Assembly (NCBI GenBank): GCA_030390025.1
Contig: JASTWF010000336.1
Location: forward strand, 124,001 to 188,000
Reading direction: 5' to 3'
Length of the DNA stretch: 64,000 nt
Origin: Squalus acanthias
Taxonomy: Eukaryota
The notes beneath the pieces were generated by a model. The model had not been told where the DNA came from. It worked only from the letters and a program-made list of their open reading frames with translations, and did no database searches. Both the position numbers and the translations under genes were made by a program. The first letter of the stretch is position 1. Every line of letters begins with the position of its first letter. Shown piece after piece: positions 38,733 through 52,117 of this stretch.

Positions 38733-39100
38733 ATAGAATCATAGACTGGTGACAGCGCAGTAGGAGGCCATTCGGCCCGTCGAGCCCGTGCCGGCTCTCT
38801 GCGAGATCACTTCAGCTAGTCCCACTCCCCCGCCCTTTCTCCGCAGCCCTGCAATTATTTTCCTTCAGGTTCTTATCCAATTCCGTTTTGAAAGTTACGA
38901 TTGAGTCTGCCTCCACCTCGCCGGCAGGCAGTACATTCCAGATCCTAACCACTCGCTGTGTAAAACAGTTTTTCCTCATGTCGCCTTTGGATCTTCTGCC
39001 AATCGCCTTAAATCTGTGTCCTCTGGTTCTCCACCCTTACGCCAATGGGAACAGTTTCTCTCTATTACACTCTGTCTGGACCCCTCATGATTTTAAACAT
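38733..39100 (-). mobile_element. CR1 LINE 3' fragment
   Basis: atagaatc tail, ggaggccattcggccc, reverse FTQRVVRIWN. Confidence 0.85.
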
Positions 39101-39842
39101 TAAACACAATAATTACCATAGCATAATCAACCACAACCCCTACAGAACCATTCAAGGACACTTTTAGTTCCCTGAATCCAGCTGACAAGAGGCGCCCAAT
39201 AGTTCAATGAACTTACACCGGTGTTGAAGGCATCAGATGCCTTTCCCGGGTCTCAAATCTCCCCAAGTCTAACCCGGAGTGCGGCGTGGCGGCAGAGCCC
39301 GTGGAAATCGGCCAATAAACAGACAACTTTTGGTCCGGGAAAATGCGCCAAATGCCGATCTGAGCAGCACTCGACCGGGGACTAGTCCTACAATGGATGT
39401 AACTGGAACTGGGATTCAATGTGGGACTGGATAGATTCAGGGACCGGCTGGCCGGTGACAGGCCCAGTGTGGGTTCAATGAATTTAACTGGGATCAGTGT
39501 GGGACTGAATAGATTCGGGGATGGGATTGTGTTTGCAACAGTTACACAGAATATTGTGTTTAATTGTTTTCCGCCATCCTGTAGTTCACTTAGTTTGATC
39601 AGTAACGTGGTCGGACCAATTGGTGCTGGGATTCTGTCAATGCTGAATAGATTGGTGTCGCTTTACCTTCTCTTCCTCTACAGACTGGAACTTGTTTATA
39701 ACCGGCACACTGAGGGCCATTACAGATCAGGAAACTCGCACTTTATCAGCAGGGATCTAATATATTTAATCAGATGAGGTAATTGTGATCAATGGATCAT
39801 TTTCTTCAGACAGTGACCAGCCCTTTCTCAGATACAGTGGGT

Positions 39843-39858
39843 GGCTCTGAAAAGAGCC
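39843..39858 (-). terminator. Histone 3' stem-loop of H2A
   Basis: Minus strand GGCTCTTTTCAGAGCC-ACCCA. Confidence 0.95.
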
Positions 39859-39888
39859 TTTGGGTTATTAGATTGAATCTCGTCCGCT

Positions 39889-40278
39889 TTACTTGCTCTT
39901 GGAACTAGCAGTGCTGGTTTTCTTGGGCAGCAGCACGGCCTGGATATTAGGCAGCACCCCGCCCTGAGCGATGGTCACCTTTCCCAGCAGCTTGTTGAGC
40001 TCCTCGTCGTTGCGGATGGCCAGCTGCAGGTGTCTGGGGATGATGCGGGTCTTCTTGTTGTCGCGGGCCGCATTGCCAGCCAGCTCCAGGATTTCAGCGG
40101 TCAGATACTCGAGCACAGCAGCCATGTAGACCGGGTCTCCGGCACCCACACGGTCAGCGTAGTTGCCCTTTCGCAGGAGTCTGTGAACACGGCCCACAGG
40201 GAACTGCAGCCCGGCCCGGGATGAGCGGGACTTGGCCTTGGCCCGAACTTTACCGCCGGTTTTTCCTCTTCCAGACAT
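39889..40278 (-). CDS. H2A: Histone H2A (129 aa; A47D, TATA region deleted, possibly decaying)
   Basis: Intact ORF from the ATG at 40278, reading [12 protein letters not shown] where the paralog has [12 protein letters not shown]. Confidence 0.85.
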   Translation of the reverse strand: MSGRGKTGGKVRAKAKSRSSRAGLQFPVGRVHRLLRKGNYADRVGAGDPVYMAAVLEYLTAEILELAGNAARDNKKTRIIPRHLQLAIRNDEELNKLLGKVTIAQGGVLPNIQAVLLPKKTSTASSKSK

Positions 40279-40968
40279 TTCCACAATGCACTCGGTCACA
40301 GTACCATCTGGAGGAATGCAAGAGTGAGCTTGTGATTGGTCGCGGTGGTGAATTTCATTGGTGTTTTCCGGTGACCAATCACAGCCTGCTTCTCCCGCCA
40401 ATGAAAAGAGGGCGGAAATAACTGTCCTTCAGTCAGACCGCCAACGTATTTTTAATTTCAAAAAGCCCGCCAAAGAATTCCGAACATTTTTTTTTATTCC
40501 TTTTCTTATTTCATCTCTCCCTTGCTAATTCAAGGCTGTTACAATAAGGATTAATTTCGGGTTCAATTTCAAACGGGCGGGAAGCGATCCCCATTGATTC
40601 TGTAACAGGACACATTCCAGCTCAATCTCTGTAAAAGTGAGGTTTCACAGATTATCGATCGATCCTTTGCACAGGCGCTGCTGCGGGAGTGAAACCAGAA
40701 CTGGGAGTCCTTCTGAGAAAAAAGAGGGACAGAGTGTTCAAACTGTCCACGTTCTGGTCTCTGTAAGAAGTCCCATTCTGGGTTGTTACACCGCAGGAGG
40801 TCTCGGGTTAATAAACGGATTGACTCAACAGGCACTAAAAAACATTGAAAAGGTCTTGAACTGCTGGAGCGTCAAACCTTCAAAAACACACTTGTCAAGA
40901 AAACAATAACAGTACAGCGATTCTAAACGGAGATGCATTTGTGTCACTCTTTCAAAGAGGTTGTGGGT

Positions 40969-40984
40969 GGCTCTTAAAAGAGCC
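40969..40984 (-). terminator. Histone 3' stem-loop of H2B
   Basis: Minus strand GGCTCTTTTAAGAGCC-ACCCA. Confidence 0.95.
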
Positions 40985-41011
40985 GTTGTGTTTTGAGGAC
41001 AGCGTGGAGTT

Positions 41012-41389
41012 TTACTTGGAGCTGGTGTATTTGGTCACCGCCTTTGTCCCTTCCGACACGGCGTGCTTGGCCAGCTCCCCGGGCAGCAGCAGGCGCACGG
41101 CGGTCTGGATCTCCCGGGAGCTGATGGTGTGCCGCTTGTTGTAATGGGCCAGGCGGGAAGCCTCACCCGCGATGCGCTCGAAAATATCGTTCACAAACGA
41201 GTTCATGATGCTCATGGCCTTGGAGGAGATGCCGGTGTCGGGGTGAACCTGCTTCATCACTTTGTAGATGTAGATGGAGTAACTCTCCTTCCTCGACTTT
41301 CTGCGCTTCTTGCCGCCCTTCGCTGCTGGTTTAGTGACGGTTTTCTTGGCGCCCTTCTTGGCAACTGGTTTCTTCTTTTCATCAACCAT
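41012..41389 (-). CDS. H2B: Histone H2B (125 aa)
   Basis: Protein identical to 3540-3917; ATG at 41389. Confidence 0.96.
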   Translation of the reverse strand: MVDEKKKPVAKKGAKKTVTKPAAKGGKKRRKSRKESYSIYIYKVMKQVHPDTGISSKAMSIMNSFVNDIFERIAGEASRLAHYNKRHTISSREIQTAVRLLLPGELAKHAVSEGTKAVTKYTSSK

Positions 41390-44300
41390 TCTCAAACTCG
41401 ATTTCAGACACAAAATGACGGGAAGCCGCTCCGCGCTCGGCTTAAATAGGCTGCCCCCACAGCCCTATGCTAATGAGGGATTGGTGAAGGCAATGATTTT
41501 GATTGGCTGGTTAGGAGTGATGTCAAATTTCCATTGTTCTGCATCTCTCCGATTGGCTTCTTTATGTATCCAATCAGACTTAGTGTTTGCCACCAGCGCG
41601 CCCCCTGCAGTCAGAAAAGTCATTCCAAGCGCAGAGAGAGCATCATCTCCCCATTTCCCAGACCATTATCCAGGGTCCCAAGCACTCCTTGCGGACGAGA
41701 CAGCAATTTAGATGTACTTCCTCCAACCAGTGCACTATCTTCACGCCTTGCGGTGTGGTCCCCGCCACATTAGTTCAGTATCTGTCAGTCTCCAGTACTG
41801 TGTGTGTGGGAATAGTTCTATATCACTCAGTCTCTGGTGATTTATGTCAGTGTGGGAATCATTCTCAATCTCAGTCTCTGTTACATTCTGAGAGTGTGGG
41901 ATCCATTCGTTTCCTGTCCGTCACTGGTACCACGTCTCAGGGTGGGATTCCATCTGTATCCGTCAGACTCTGGTACCGTGTGTCAAGTGTTGGGATTCAT
42001 CCTGAATCTGTCATTCTCTGGTACTATATGTCAGTGTCTGATTAGTTCTGAATCTGTCTGTCTCTGGTACTGTATTTCAGCGACAGATTCCGCATGAATC
42101 TGCTACTCACTCGGTTTATGAAGGTAGCATTCATACTGTATCTATCAGTCTCTGGTACTTGATAGTTTGAGATTCATTCCATCTCTGCTAGTGAGTGTGG
42201 GTCTGAATCTATCTGTAAATCAATTGAACTGCATGTAATTGTGTACTCATTCTGTATCTGTCAGGGACTCTGATACTCTGTGTCAGTGTGAGAAAGATTC
42301 TCTGTCTGTCAGTCTATGTTCTGTAGGTGTATGTTAGAGTAATTATATATCTGTCAATCTCTGGTGCTGTATGTGAAAGTGAGATTCATTCTGTACCAAT
42401 CAGTCTTTAATGTGGGGTTAATTTTGTCTCTTTCATTTTCTGGTACTGTATACGAGTGTGTATTAATTCTGTGCCTGTCACCCTCTGATACTCTGTCATT
42501 CTTTCTCTCTGCCAATCTGTGATAGTGTGTGTGAAATTGAGATTTATTCTATATCTATCAGTTCCTGGTATGGCATGTGAGTTTGGGATTTATTCTGTAC
42601 CTGTCAGTCTCTGATACTATATGTGAGAGTTAGTTTAATTCTGTCTCTGTCACTATCTGGAACTGTATGTGAGTGTGAGATTCATTCTGTGTATCTGTCA
42701 GTCTCTGAAACCATATGTGAGCGTGAGATTTATTCTGTATCTGTCAGTCTCTGATAATCTGTGTCAGTGTGGGATTGATTATGTATTAGTCGGTGTCTGA
42801 TACTCTATGTGACAGTGAGATACATTCTGTATCTGTCAGTCTCTGGTGTTATGTGTGAGATTCAGATTCATTCTGTATCAGTCAGTCTTTAATACTCTGT
42901 ATCAGAGTGGAATTCATTTTGTCTCTCTCATTTTCTGGTACTGTATGTGAGTGTGGGATTTATTCTATGTCTGTCAGGCCCTGTCACTAAGTTAGTGTGA
43001 GATTCATTCTCTGTCTGTCAGTCTATGATTCTGTATGTGAGATTTAGATTAATTCAGTATCTGTCATTCTCTGGTGTTGTATGTAAGTGCGGGGTTCATT
43101 CTGCATCTGTCAGTCTCTGATATTGTATGTGAGAATGAGATGTATTCTGTATCAGTCAGTTTCTGGCATGGCATGAGAATTTGGGAATCATTCTATATCT
43201 GTCAGCCTCTGATATCTTATGTGAGAGATAGATTAATTCTGGCTCTGTTAATCTCTGGTACTGTATGTGAGAGTTATATCCAATCTTTATCTCTCAGACT
43301 TTGATACTCTTTGTCAGCGTGTGATTTATTCTGTACCTGTCAGCCTATGATACTGTATGTGAGAGTTAGTTTAATTCAGTCTCTGTCACTATCTGGTACT
43401 GTATATGAGTGTGGGATTCATTCTGTACCTGTCTGTCTCTGATACTTTGTATTAGTGTGAGATTCATTCTCTCTCTGTCAGTCTCTGGAACGCTATGTGA
43501 GAGTTAGATCCAATCTTTATCTCTCAGACTTTGATACTCTTTGTCAGTGTGTGGTTAATTCTGGATTTGTCGGTCTCTGGTACTGTATGTGACAATGAGG
43601 TGCGTTCATGTGAGAGTTAGATTAATTCAGTATCTATCAGTCCCTGGTGTTGTATGTAAGTGTGGGATTAATTCTGTATCTGTCGGTCTCTGATACTGTA
43701 TGTGAGAGATAGATTAATTCTGGGTCTGTCAGTCTCTGATAATGTATGTGAGAGATAGATTAATTCTGGGTCTGTTAGTCTCTGATAATGTATGTGAGAG
43801 ATAGATTAATTCTGGGTCTGTCAGTCTCTGATATTGTATGTGAGAAATAGATTAATTCTGGGTCTGTCAGTCTCTGATACTGTATGTGAGAGATAGATTA
43901 ATTCTGGGTCTGTCAGTCTCTGATACTGTATGTGAGAGATAGATTAATTCTGTATCTGTCAGTCTCTGGTGCTCTATGTGAGATTTAGATTAATGCTGTG
44001 CCTCTCAGTCTCCGGTACTGTGTGCGAGAGTGAGAATCATTCTGTATGTCTGACTCTGATACTCTTGTCATTGTGTGATTGATTCTTTATTTGTGAGTGT
44101 CTAGTACTTTACATTCTCTGTCAGTCTCTGGATTATGTGTGAGAGTGAGATTCATTCTGTACCAGTCAGTCTTTAATTATCAGTGCCCGTGTGGGATTCA
44201 TTGTGTGTCTATCATTTTCTGGTACTGTATGGGAGTGTGGGATTCATTCTGTGTCTGTCACCCTCTGATACTCTGTGTCAGTGTGTGATTCAATCTGTAC

Positions 44301-45521
44301 CTGTTAGTCTCAGGTACATGAATGTGGGTTTTACCCTGTACCTGTCAGTCTCTGATGAGAGTGTGGGTTTTACTCTGTGACTGTCAGTTTCTGATATGTG
44401 AATTTGGGTTTTATTCTGCATCTTTCAATTTCTGTTCTGTGAGAGTGGGTTTTATTCTGTATCTGTCAGTTTGTGGTTTGTGAATGTGGGTTTTAGTCTG
44501 TGTCTGTCTGTGTATGGTATTTGAATGCATTTTTTATTCTCTATCTATCAGTGTCTGACATGTGAGTGTGGGTTTTATGCTATAACTGGCTGTTTGTGAT
44601 ATGTGATTGTGAGTTTTACTGTGCATCAATCAGTCTCTGGTTTGTGAATGTGGGTTCTATTCTGTACCCATCGGTCTTTGGTATGCTAGCATTGGTTTTA
44701 CTCAGTACCAGTCAGTTTCTGATACATGAGTGTGTGTTTTCCTTTCTACCTGTCAATTTCTGCTATGGAAGAGAGGGTTTACTCTGAATCTAAGTTCTGG
44801 TGCGTGAGTGTGGGTTTTAGTCTTTATCTGTCAGTCTCTGCTATGTGAGTGTCTTTTTCACTATCTTCTGTTTCTGGTATGCAAAGGTGGATTTTATTAT
44901 GTACCTGTCAGCTTCTGGTATGCGAGTGTGGGTTTCTTCTGTATCAGTCAGTCATTGGTGAGTGAGTGTGAGTTTATTCTGTATCTGTCAGTCTCTGATA
45001 TCTGAGTGTGCGTTTTTCTTTGTACCTGTCAGTGTCTGGTTTGTGAGGATGGGCTTTATTCTGCACCTTTTGGTTTCTTGTATGTGCGAGTGGGTTGTAT
45101 TATGTACATTTTAGTTACTGTTATATGTGTGAGGATTGGAATCAGTACCTGCTAGTTTCTGGGATGTGAGTGTGAATGTTACTCTGTATCTGTTAGTCTC
45201 CGGTGTGTGAGGGTGGGTTTTACTCTGTATCTGTCATACTCTGGGATGTGAGTGTTTGTTTTACTCTGTATCTGTCATACTCTGGGATGTGAGTGTTTGT
45301 TTTACTCTGTATCTGTCATACTCTGGGATGTGTGTGCGGGTTTTACACTATCTGTCATACTCTGGGATGTGAGTGTGTGTTTTACTCTGTATCTGTCATA
45401 CTCTTTGATGTGAATGTGGGTTTTACTCTATATCTGCTATACTCTGGAATATGTGTGTGGGTTTTACTCTGTATCTGTTAGTCTTTTGTGTGCAAGGGTG
45501 GGTTTTACTCTGTATCTCAGT

Positions 45522-46340
45522 CATAGATTTATACAGCACAGAAAGAGGCCCTTCGGCCCATCGTGTCCGCACCGGCCATCAAGCCCTGTCTATTCTAATC
45601 CCATTTTCCAGCACTTGGTCCGTAGCCTTGTAAGCTATGGCGTTTCAAGTGCTCATCTAAATGCTTCTTGAATGTTGTGAGGGTCCTGCCTCTACCACCC
45701 TTTCAGGCAGTGAGTTCCAGATTCCAACCACCCTCCGGGTGAAAAAGTTTTTCCTCAAATCCCCTCTAAACCTCCTGCCCCTTACCTTGAAACTATGCCC
45801 CCTTGTTATTGACCCCTCTACTAAGGAGAAAAGTTCCTTTCTATCTACCCTATCTATGCCCCTCATAATTTTGTACACCTCAAATCAGGTCCCCCCTCAG
45901 CCTTCTCTGCTCTAAGGAAAACAACCCCAGCCTACCCAGTCTCTCTTCATAGCTGAAGCGCTCCAGCCCAGGTAACATCCTGGTGAATCTCCTCTGCACC
46001 CTTTCCAATGCAATCACATCCTTCCTATAGTGTGGCGACCAGAACTGCACACAGTATTCCAGCTGTGGCCTAACTAGCGTTTTGTACAGCTCCATCATAA
46101 CCTCTCTGCTCTTATATTCTATGCCTCGGCTGATGAAGGCAAGTATCCCATATGCCTTCCTAACCACCTTATCTACAAGTCCTGCTGCCTTCAGGCATCT
46201 ATGTACATGCACACCAAGGTCCCTCTGATCCTCTGTCCTTCCTAGGGTCCTACCATTCATTGTGTATTCCCTTGCCTTCTTAGTCCTCCCAAAATGCATC
46301 ACCTCACACTTTTCAGGGTTAAATTCCATTTGCCACTGTT
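45522..46340 (-). mobile_element. CR1 LINE 3' fragment (same subfamily as 6431-8035)
   Basis: 149-aa MEFNPEKCEVMHFG...[11 protein letters not shown] fragment and tail. Confidence 0.9.
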
Positions 46341-46799
46341 CTGTTAGTCTTTGGTGTGCGAGGGTGGGTTTTAATCTTTACCTGTCAGTTTCTGGTATGG
46401 AAGAGTGGGTGGTCATTCTGTACCTGACAGTCCCTGGTGTGTGACTGTGGCTTTATTCTGTATCTGTGATGCTCGAGGGGCCGTACGGCCGACTCCTCCT
46501 TCTAATTCTTATGACTCTGGGATGTGAGTGTGGGTTTCTGTCTTTAGTTCTCAGTTTCTGCCACGTGTGTGTGTGTTTTACTCTGTACCTGTCTGTCTCT
46601 GGGATGTGAGTGTGGGTTTTTCTTTGTACCAGTCAGTGTCTGGTATGTGAGTGTGGGCTTTATGTTGTAACTGTTGGTTTCTGGTATGTGTGAGTGGATT
46701 GTATGATGTATCTGTCAGTTTCTGTTATATGATTGAGGATTTTACTCTGTCCCTGACAGTCTCTGGTATGTGAGAGTGGGTTTTCCTCTGTCCCTATTC

Positions 46800-47040
46800 A
46801 GAGGGATTTGAGTGTCCTTTTACATGAATTACAGAAAGTTAACATGCAGGTACAACAATCAATTAGAACATAAGAACATAAGAAGAAAAGAAATAAGAGC
46901 AGGAGTCGGCCACTTAGCCCTTCGAGCCTGCTCCGCCATTCAATAAGATCATGGCTGATCTTCTACCTCATCTCCACTTTCCTGAACTATCCCCATATCC
47001 CTTGATTGCCTTAATATTCAAAATTCTATCGATCTCTGTA
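46800..47040. mobile_element. Short CR1 (+) piece joined to a CR1 tail (-)
   Basis: Same composite as 9733-9960. Confidence 0.7.
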
Positions 47041-47362
47041 CATTGTATGTGAGAGATAGATTAATTCTGGATCTGTCAGTCTCTGATACTGTATGTGACA
47101 GTTAGATTAATTCTGTAAATGACAATCTCTGATACTGTATGTGGGAGTGAGGTTAATTCTATATCTGTCAGTCTCTGGAGCTCTATGTGAGATTTAGATT
47201 AATGCTGTGTCTCTCAGTCTCCGGTACTGTGTGTGAGAGTGAGAATCATTCTGTATGTCTGTCTCTAATACTCTTGATGCGGAGATGCCGGCGTTGGACT
47301 GGGGTGGACAAAAAAGAGAAGTCGCACAACACCAGGTTATAGTCCAACAGATTTATTTAAAA

Positions 47363-47404
47363 TTACAAGCTTTCGGAGCTATCGATCGCCCCTTCTTCAG
47401 GTAA
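47363..47404 (-). ncRNA. Minimal type I hammerhead ribozyme motif
   Basis: Minus strand TTAC-CTGAAGA-AGGGGCGATCGATAGCTCC-GAAAGCTT-GTAA. Confidence 0.82.
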
Positions 47405-47644
47405 AGTTACTGTGAGTGAATCTACATAAATTCACAGAATATAAACACAGAGAAAATGCAGAGATACAATCTTTCCTTACATCAAAGACACTAAGAGCAC
47501 AGCCAAGACAATGAGATGTGTCCCAGGGGGTCCAATGTGTCAAAACCTGCTGTCTGCATATCCTCTCCATTTGGGTTTGTTTTTTGTGTTTGTTTTTTGT
47601 GTTTGTTTTTTTTAAAAACTGGAAAGACAGCCAACGATGTCAAG

Positions 47645-49240
47645 TCACGTTCTGTAGCATGACATGAACCCGATATCCCTATTGAGGCCGTCCTCATGAG
47701 TGCGGAACTTGGCTATCAGTTTCTGCTCGATGATTTTGCGTTGTCGTGTATCTCGAAGGCCGCCTTGGAGAACGCTAACCCGCATATCCGAGGCTGAATG
47801 CCCTTGACTGCTGAAGTGTTCCCCGACTGGGAGGCAACCATCCTGCCTGGCGATTGTTGCACGGTGTCCGTTCATATGTTGTCTCAGTGTCTGCATGGTC
47901 TCGCCGATGTACCATGCTCTGGGGCATCCTTTACTGCAACGTATCAGGTAGACAACGTTGGCCGAGTCACATGTGTATGTACCATGTACCTGGTGGGTAG
48001 TGTCCTCACGTGTGATGACGGTATCTGTGTTCATGATCTGGCATGTCTTGCAGAGGTTGCCGTGGCAGGGTTGTGTGGTGTCGTGGTCGCTGTTCTCCTG
48101 ACAGCTGGGTAATTTGCTGCGAACGATGGTACTTTTGAGGTTAGGCGGCTGCTTGAAGGCGAGTAGTGGAGGCGTGGGGATGGCCTTTGCAAGGTGTTCG
48201 TCATCATCGATGACATGTTGAAGGCTGCGAAGAACATGGCGTAGTTTCTCCGCTCCGGGGAAGTACTGGACGACGTAGGGTACTCTGTTGGTTGTGTCCC
48301 GTGTTCGTCTTCTGAGGAGGTCTATGCGGTTTTTCGCTGTGGCCCGTCGGAACTGTCGATCGACGAGTCGAGCGTCATATCCCGTTCTTACGAGGGCGTC
48401 TTTCAGTGTCCGTAGGTGTCCATCGCGTTCCTCCTCGTCTGAGCAGATCCTGTGTATTCGCAGGGCTTGTCCATAGGGGATGGCTTCTTTAACGTGGTTA
48501 GGGTGGAAGCTGGAGAAGTGGAGCATCGTGAGGTTGTCCTTGGGCTTGCGGTAGAGTGAAGTGCTGAGGCGTCCGTCTTTGATGGAGATTCGTGTGTCCA
48601 AGAATGAAACTGATTCTGAGGAGTAGTCCATGGTGAGTTTGATGGTGGGATGGAACCTGTTGATGCTATCGTGTAGTCCTTTCAGTGATCCTTCGCCGTG
48701 GGTCCAAAGGAAGAAGATGTCGTCGATGTATCTGGTGTACAGCGTTGGTTGGAGGTCCTGTGCAGCGAAGAAGTCTTGCTCGAACTTGTGCATGAAGATG
48801 TTGGCGTATTGGGGTGCGAATTTGGTCCCCATGGCTGTTCCGTGTGTTTGGGTAAAAAACTGGTTGTTGAAGGTGAAGACATTGTGGTCAAGGATGAAGT
48901 GGATGAGTTGTAGGATGGCGTCTGGAGATTGGCTGTTGTTGGTGTTGAGTACTGAGGCTGTCGCAGCGATGCCGTCATCGTGGGGGATATTGGTGTAGAG
49001 TGCCGATACGTCCATCATGGCGAGGAGTGTTCCTGGTTCAACTGGTCCATGGGTGCTGAGTTTCTGCAAGAAGTCTGTAGTGTCGCGACAGAAGCTGGGG
49101 GTTCCCTGTACGATGGGTTTCAGGATGCCCTCGACGTACCCAGAGAGGTTCTCACACAGGGTTCCGTTGCCTGATACGATAGGGCGTCCGGGTGTGTTGG
49201 CTTTGTGTATATTTGGGAGTCAGTAAAAGTCTCCTACGCG
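47645..49240 (-). pseudogene. Truncated Penelope RT/GIY-YIG coding region
   Basis: MDVSALYTNI, GTAMG, RYIDDIF, CHGNLCKTC, NVVYLIRC...WYIGET. 5' truncated, with a TGC>TGA stop near 49220 relative to the 55-58 kb copy. Confidence 0.9.
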
Positions 49241-49661
49241 GAACAAGTCGGGGAACACTTCAGCAGTCAAGGGCATTCAGCCTCGGATCTGCGGGTTAGC
49301 GTTCTCCAAGGCGGCCTTCGAGATACACGACAACGCAAAATCATCGAGCAGAAACTGATAGCCAAGTTTACGCACTCATGAGGACGGCCTCAATAGGGAT
49401 ATCGGGTTCATGTCACGCTACAGAACGTGACTTGACATCGTTGTCTGTCTTTACAGTTTTTTAAAAAAGCAAACACAAAAACAAACACAAAAAACAAACC
49501 CAAATGGAGAGGATATGCAGACAGCAGGTTTTGACACGTTGGACACATCTCATTGTCTTGGCTGTGCTCTTAGTGTGTCTTTGATGTAAGGAAAGATTGT
49601 ATCTCTGCATTTTCTCTGTGTTTATATTCTGTGAATTTTTGTAGATTCACTCACAGTAACT

Positions 49662-49703
49662 TTACCTGAAGAAGGGGCGATCGATAGCTCCGAAAGCTTG
49701 TAA
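49662..49703 (+). ncRNA. Minimal type I hammerhead ribozyme motif (inverted copy)
   Basis: TTAC-CTGAAGA-AGGGGCGATCGATAGCTCC-GAAAGCTT-GTAA on the + strand. Confidence 0.82.
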
Positions 49704-51399
49704 TTTTAAATAAATCTGTTGGACTATAACCTGGTGTTGTGCGACTTCTCATTCTAATACTCTTGTCATTGTGTGATTGATTCTGTATTTGTCAGTTTCT
49801 GGTACTTTATGTGACAGTGAGGTACATTCTCTGTCAGTCTCTGGATTATGTGTGAGAGTGAGATTCATTCTGTACCAGTCAGTCTTTAATAATCTGTGAC
49901 AGTGTGGGATTCATTGTGTCTATCATTTCATGTTACTGTATGTGAGTTTGGGATTCATTCTGTGTCTGTCACCCTCTGATACTCTGTGTCAGTGTGTGAT
50001 TCAACCTGTACCTGTCAGTCTCTGGTACGTGAATGTGGGTTTTACCCTGTACTATCAGTTTCAGATATGTGAATTATGGGTTTTACTCTACCAGTCAGTC
50101 TCTGATATGTGAGTGTGTGTTTTATTCTGCATCTTTCAATTTCTCTTCTCTGAGAATGGGTTTTATTCTGTATCTGTCAGCCTTTGGTTTGTGAATGTGG
50201 GTTTTAGTCTGTGTCTGTCTGTCTATGGTATTTGAATGCATTTTTTATTCTCTATCTATCAGTGTCTGACATGTTAGTGTGGGTTTTATGCTATAACTGG
50301 CTGTTTGTGATATGTGATTGTGAGTTTTACTGTGCATCAATCAGTCTCTGGTTTGTGAATGTGGGTTCTACTCTGTACCCATCGGTCTCTGGTATGCTAT
50401 TACTGGTTTTACTCTGTACCAGTTAGTTTCTGATACATGAGTGTGGCTTTTCCTTTCTACCTGTCAATTTCTGCTGTGGAAGAAAGGGTTACGCTGAATC
50501 TGTAAGTTTCTGGTGCGGGAGTGTGGGTTTTAGTCTTTATCTGTCAGTCTCTGCTATGTGAGTGTCTTTTTCACTATCTTCTGTTTCTGGTATGCAAAGG
50601 TGGGTTTTACTATGTACCTGTCAGCTTCTGGTATGTGAGTGTGGGATTCTTCTGGATCAGTCAGTCACAGGTGAGTGAGAGTGAGTTTATTCTGTATCTG
50701 TCAGTCTCTGGTATCCGAGTGTGTGTTATTCTTTGTACCTGTCAGTGTCTGGTTTGTGAGGATGGGCTTTATTCTGCCCCTTTTGGTTTCTTGTATGTGC
50801 GAGTGGTTTGTATTATGTACCTTTTAGTTACTGTTATATGTGTGAGGATTGGAATCAGTACCTGCTAGTTTCTGGGATATGAGTGTCGGTTTTACACTGT
50901 ATATGCTATACTCTGGGATGTTTGTGTGGGTTTTAACCTGTAAATGTCATAATCTGGGATGTGTGTGGGTGTTTGACTCTGTATATGTCATACTCTGGGA
51001 TGTGAGTGTGTGTTTTACTCTGTATCTGTCATACTCTGGGATGTGACTGTGGGTTTTACTCTGTATCTGTTAATCTTTAGTGTGCAAGGGTGGGTTTTAC
51101 TCTATATCTGTCATACTCTGGGATGTGAGTGTGGGTTTTTGTCTGTAATTGTCAGTTTCTGCCATGTGTGTGTGTGTTTTACTCTGTATCTGTCTGTCTC
51201 TGGGATGTGAGTGTGGGTTTTTCTTTGTACCAGTCAGTGTCTGGTATGTCAGTATGTGCTTTATTTTGTTCCTGTGGTTTCTGGTATGTGTGAGTGGGTT
51301 GCATTATGTATCTGCCAGTATCTGTTGTATGATTGAGGATTTTACTCTGTCCCTGACAGTCTCTGGTATGTGAGTGTGGGTTTCCCTCTGTCCCTATTC

Positions 51400-52117
51400 A
51401 GAGGGATTTGAGTGTCCTTTTACAAGAATCGCAGGAAGTTAACATGCAGGTACAACAATCGATTGGGAAGGTAAATGGTACATTAGCCTTTATGGCAAAG
51501 GGGTTGCTGTAAACAAATAAGTTAGTGTTGCTGGAATTACATAGGCCTTTGGTTATACCATAACTTGAGTACTTTGTACATTTTGTTCTCCTTATATAAG
51601 GAAGGTTATACTAGGTTTAGAAGGTGCAACAAATGTTCACCAGATTGATTCCTGGGATGAGAGGGCTGTCCTATGAGGAGAGATTGAGCAAAATGTGCCT
51701 ATATTCTCTGGAGTTTAGAAGAATGAGAGGTGATCTCATTGAAACATTTCAAATTCTTATTAGTTTGACAGAGGTAGATGCTGCGAGGCTGTTTCCCCTG
51801 GCAGGAAAGTCTAGAACTAGGGGTCATCGTCTCACGATAAGGCGTCGGCCAATTAGGATTGAGATGATGAGAAATGTATTCACTCAGTGGGTTGTGAATC
51901 TTTGGAATTCTCTACCCCAGAGGGCTGTGGAAGCTCAGTCGATGAGTGTATTCAAGACTGAGATCGATAGAATTTTGGGCACTAAGGGAATCAAGGGATA
52001 TCGGGAGAGGGTGGGATATTGGAGTTGTGGTTGAAGTTCAGCCATGATCTTAGTGAATGGCGGAGCAGCTTGAGGGGCTGTGTGACCTATTCCTGCTCCT
52101 ATTTCTTATTTTCTTAT
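51400..52117 (+). mobile_element. Older CR1 LINE 3' fragment
   Basis: FTRLIPGMRGLSYEERL...VVNLWNSLP and tail. Confidence 0.88.

Larger units (their letters stand above)
47277..49752 (-). mobile_element. 5'-truncated Penelope-like element, family B, with an inverted copy of its 3' end
   Basis: 13-bp TSD tctaatactcttg at 47264-47276 and 49753-49765. Minus-strand body 47277-49240; 49247-49752 is a plus-strand copy of the 3' ~500 bp. Confidence 0.93.

Noticed and set aside
44097..45633. Many C/V/S/L-rich ORFs in the satellite
   Set aside because: Translations of TG-rich repeat units, not proteins.
45522..46340. Orthology of this CR1 with the one at 6431-8035
   Set aside because: Sequences are very similar, but the flanking satellite positions and lengths differ, so they look like independent insertions.
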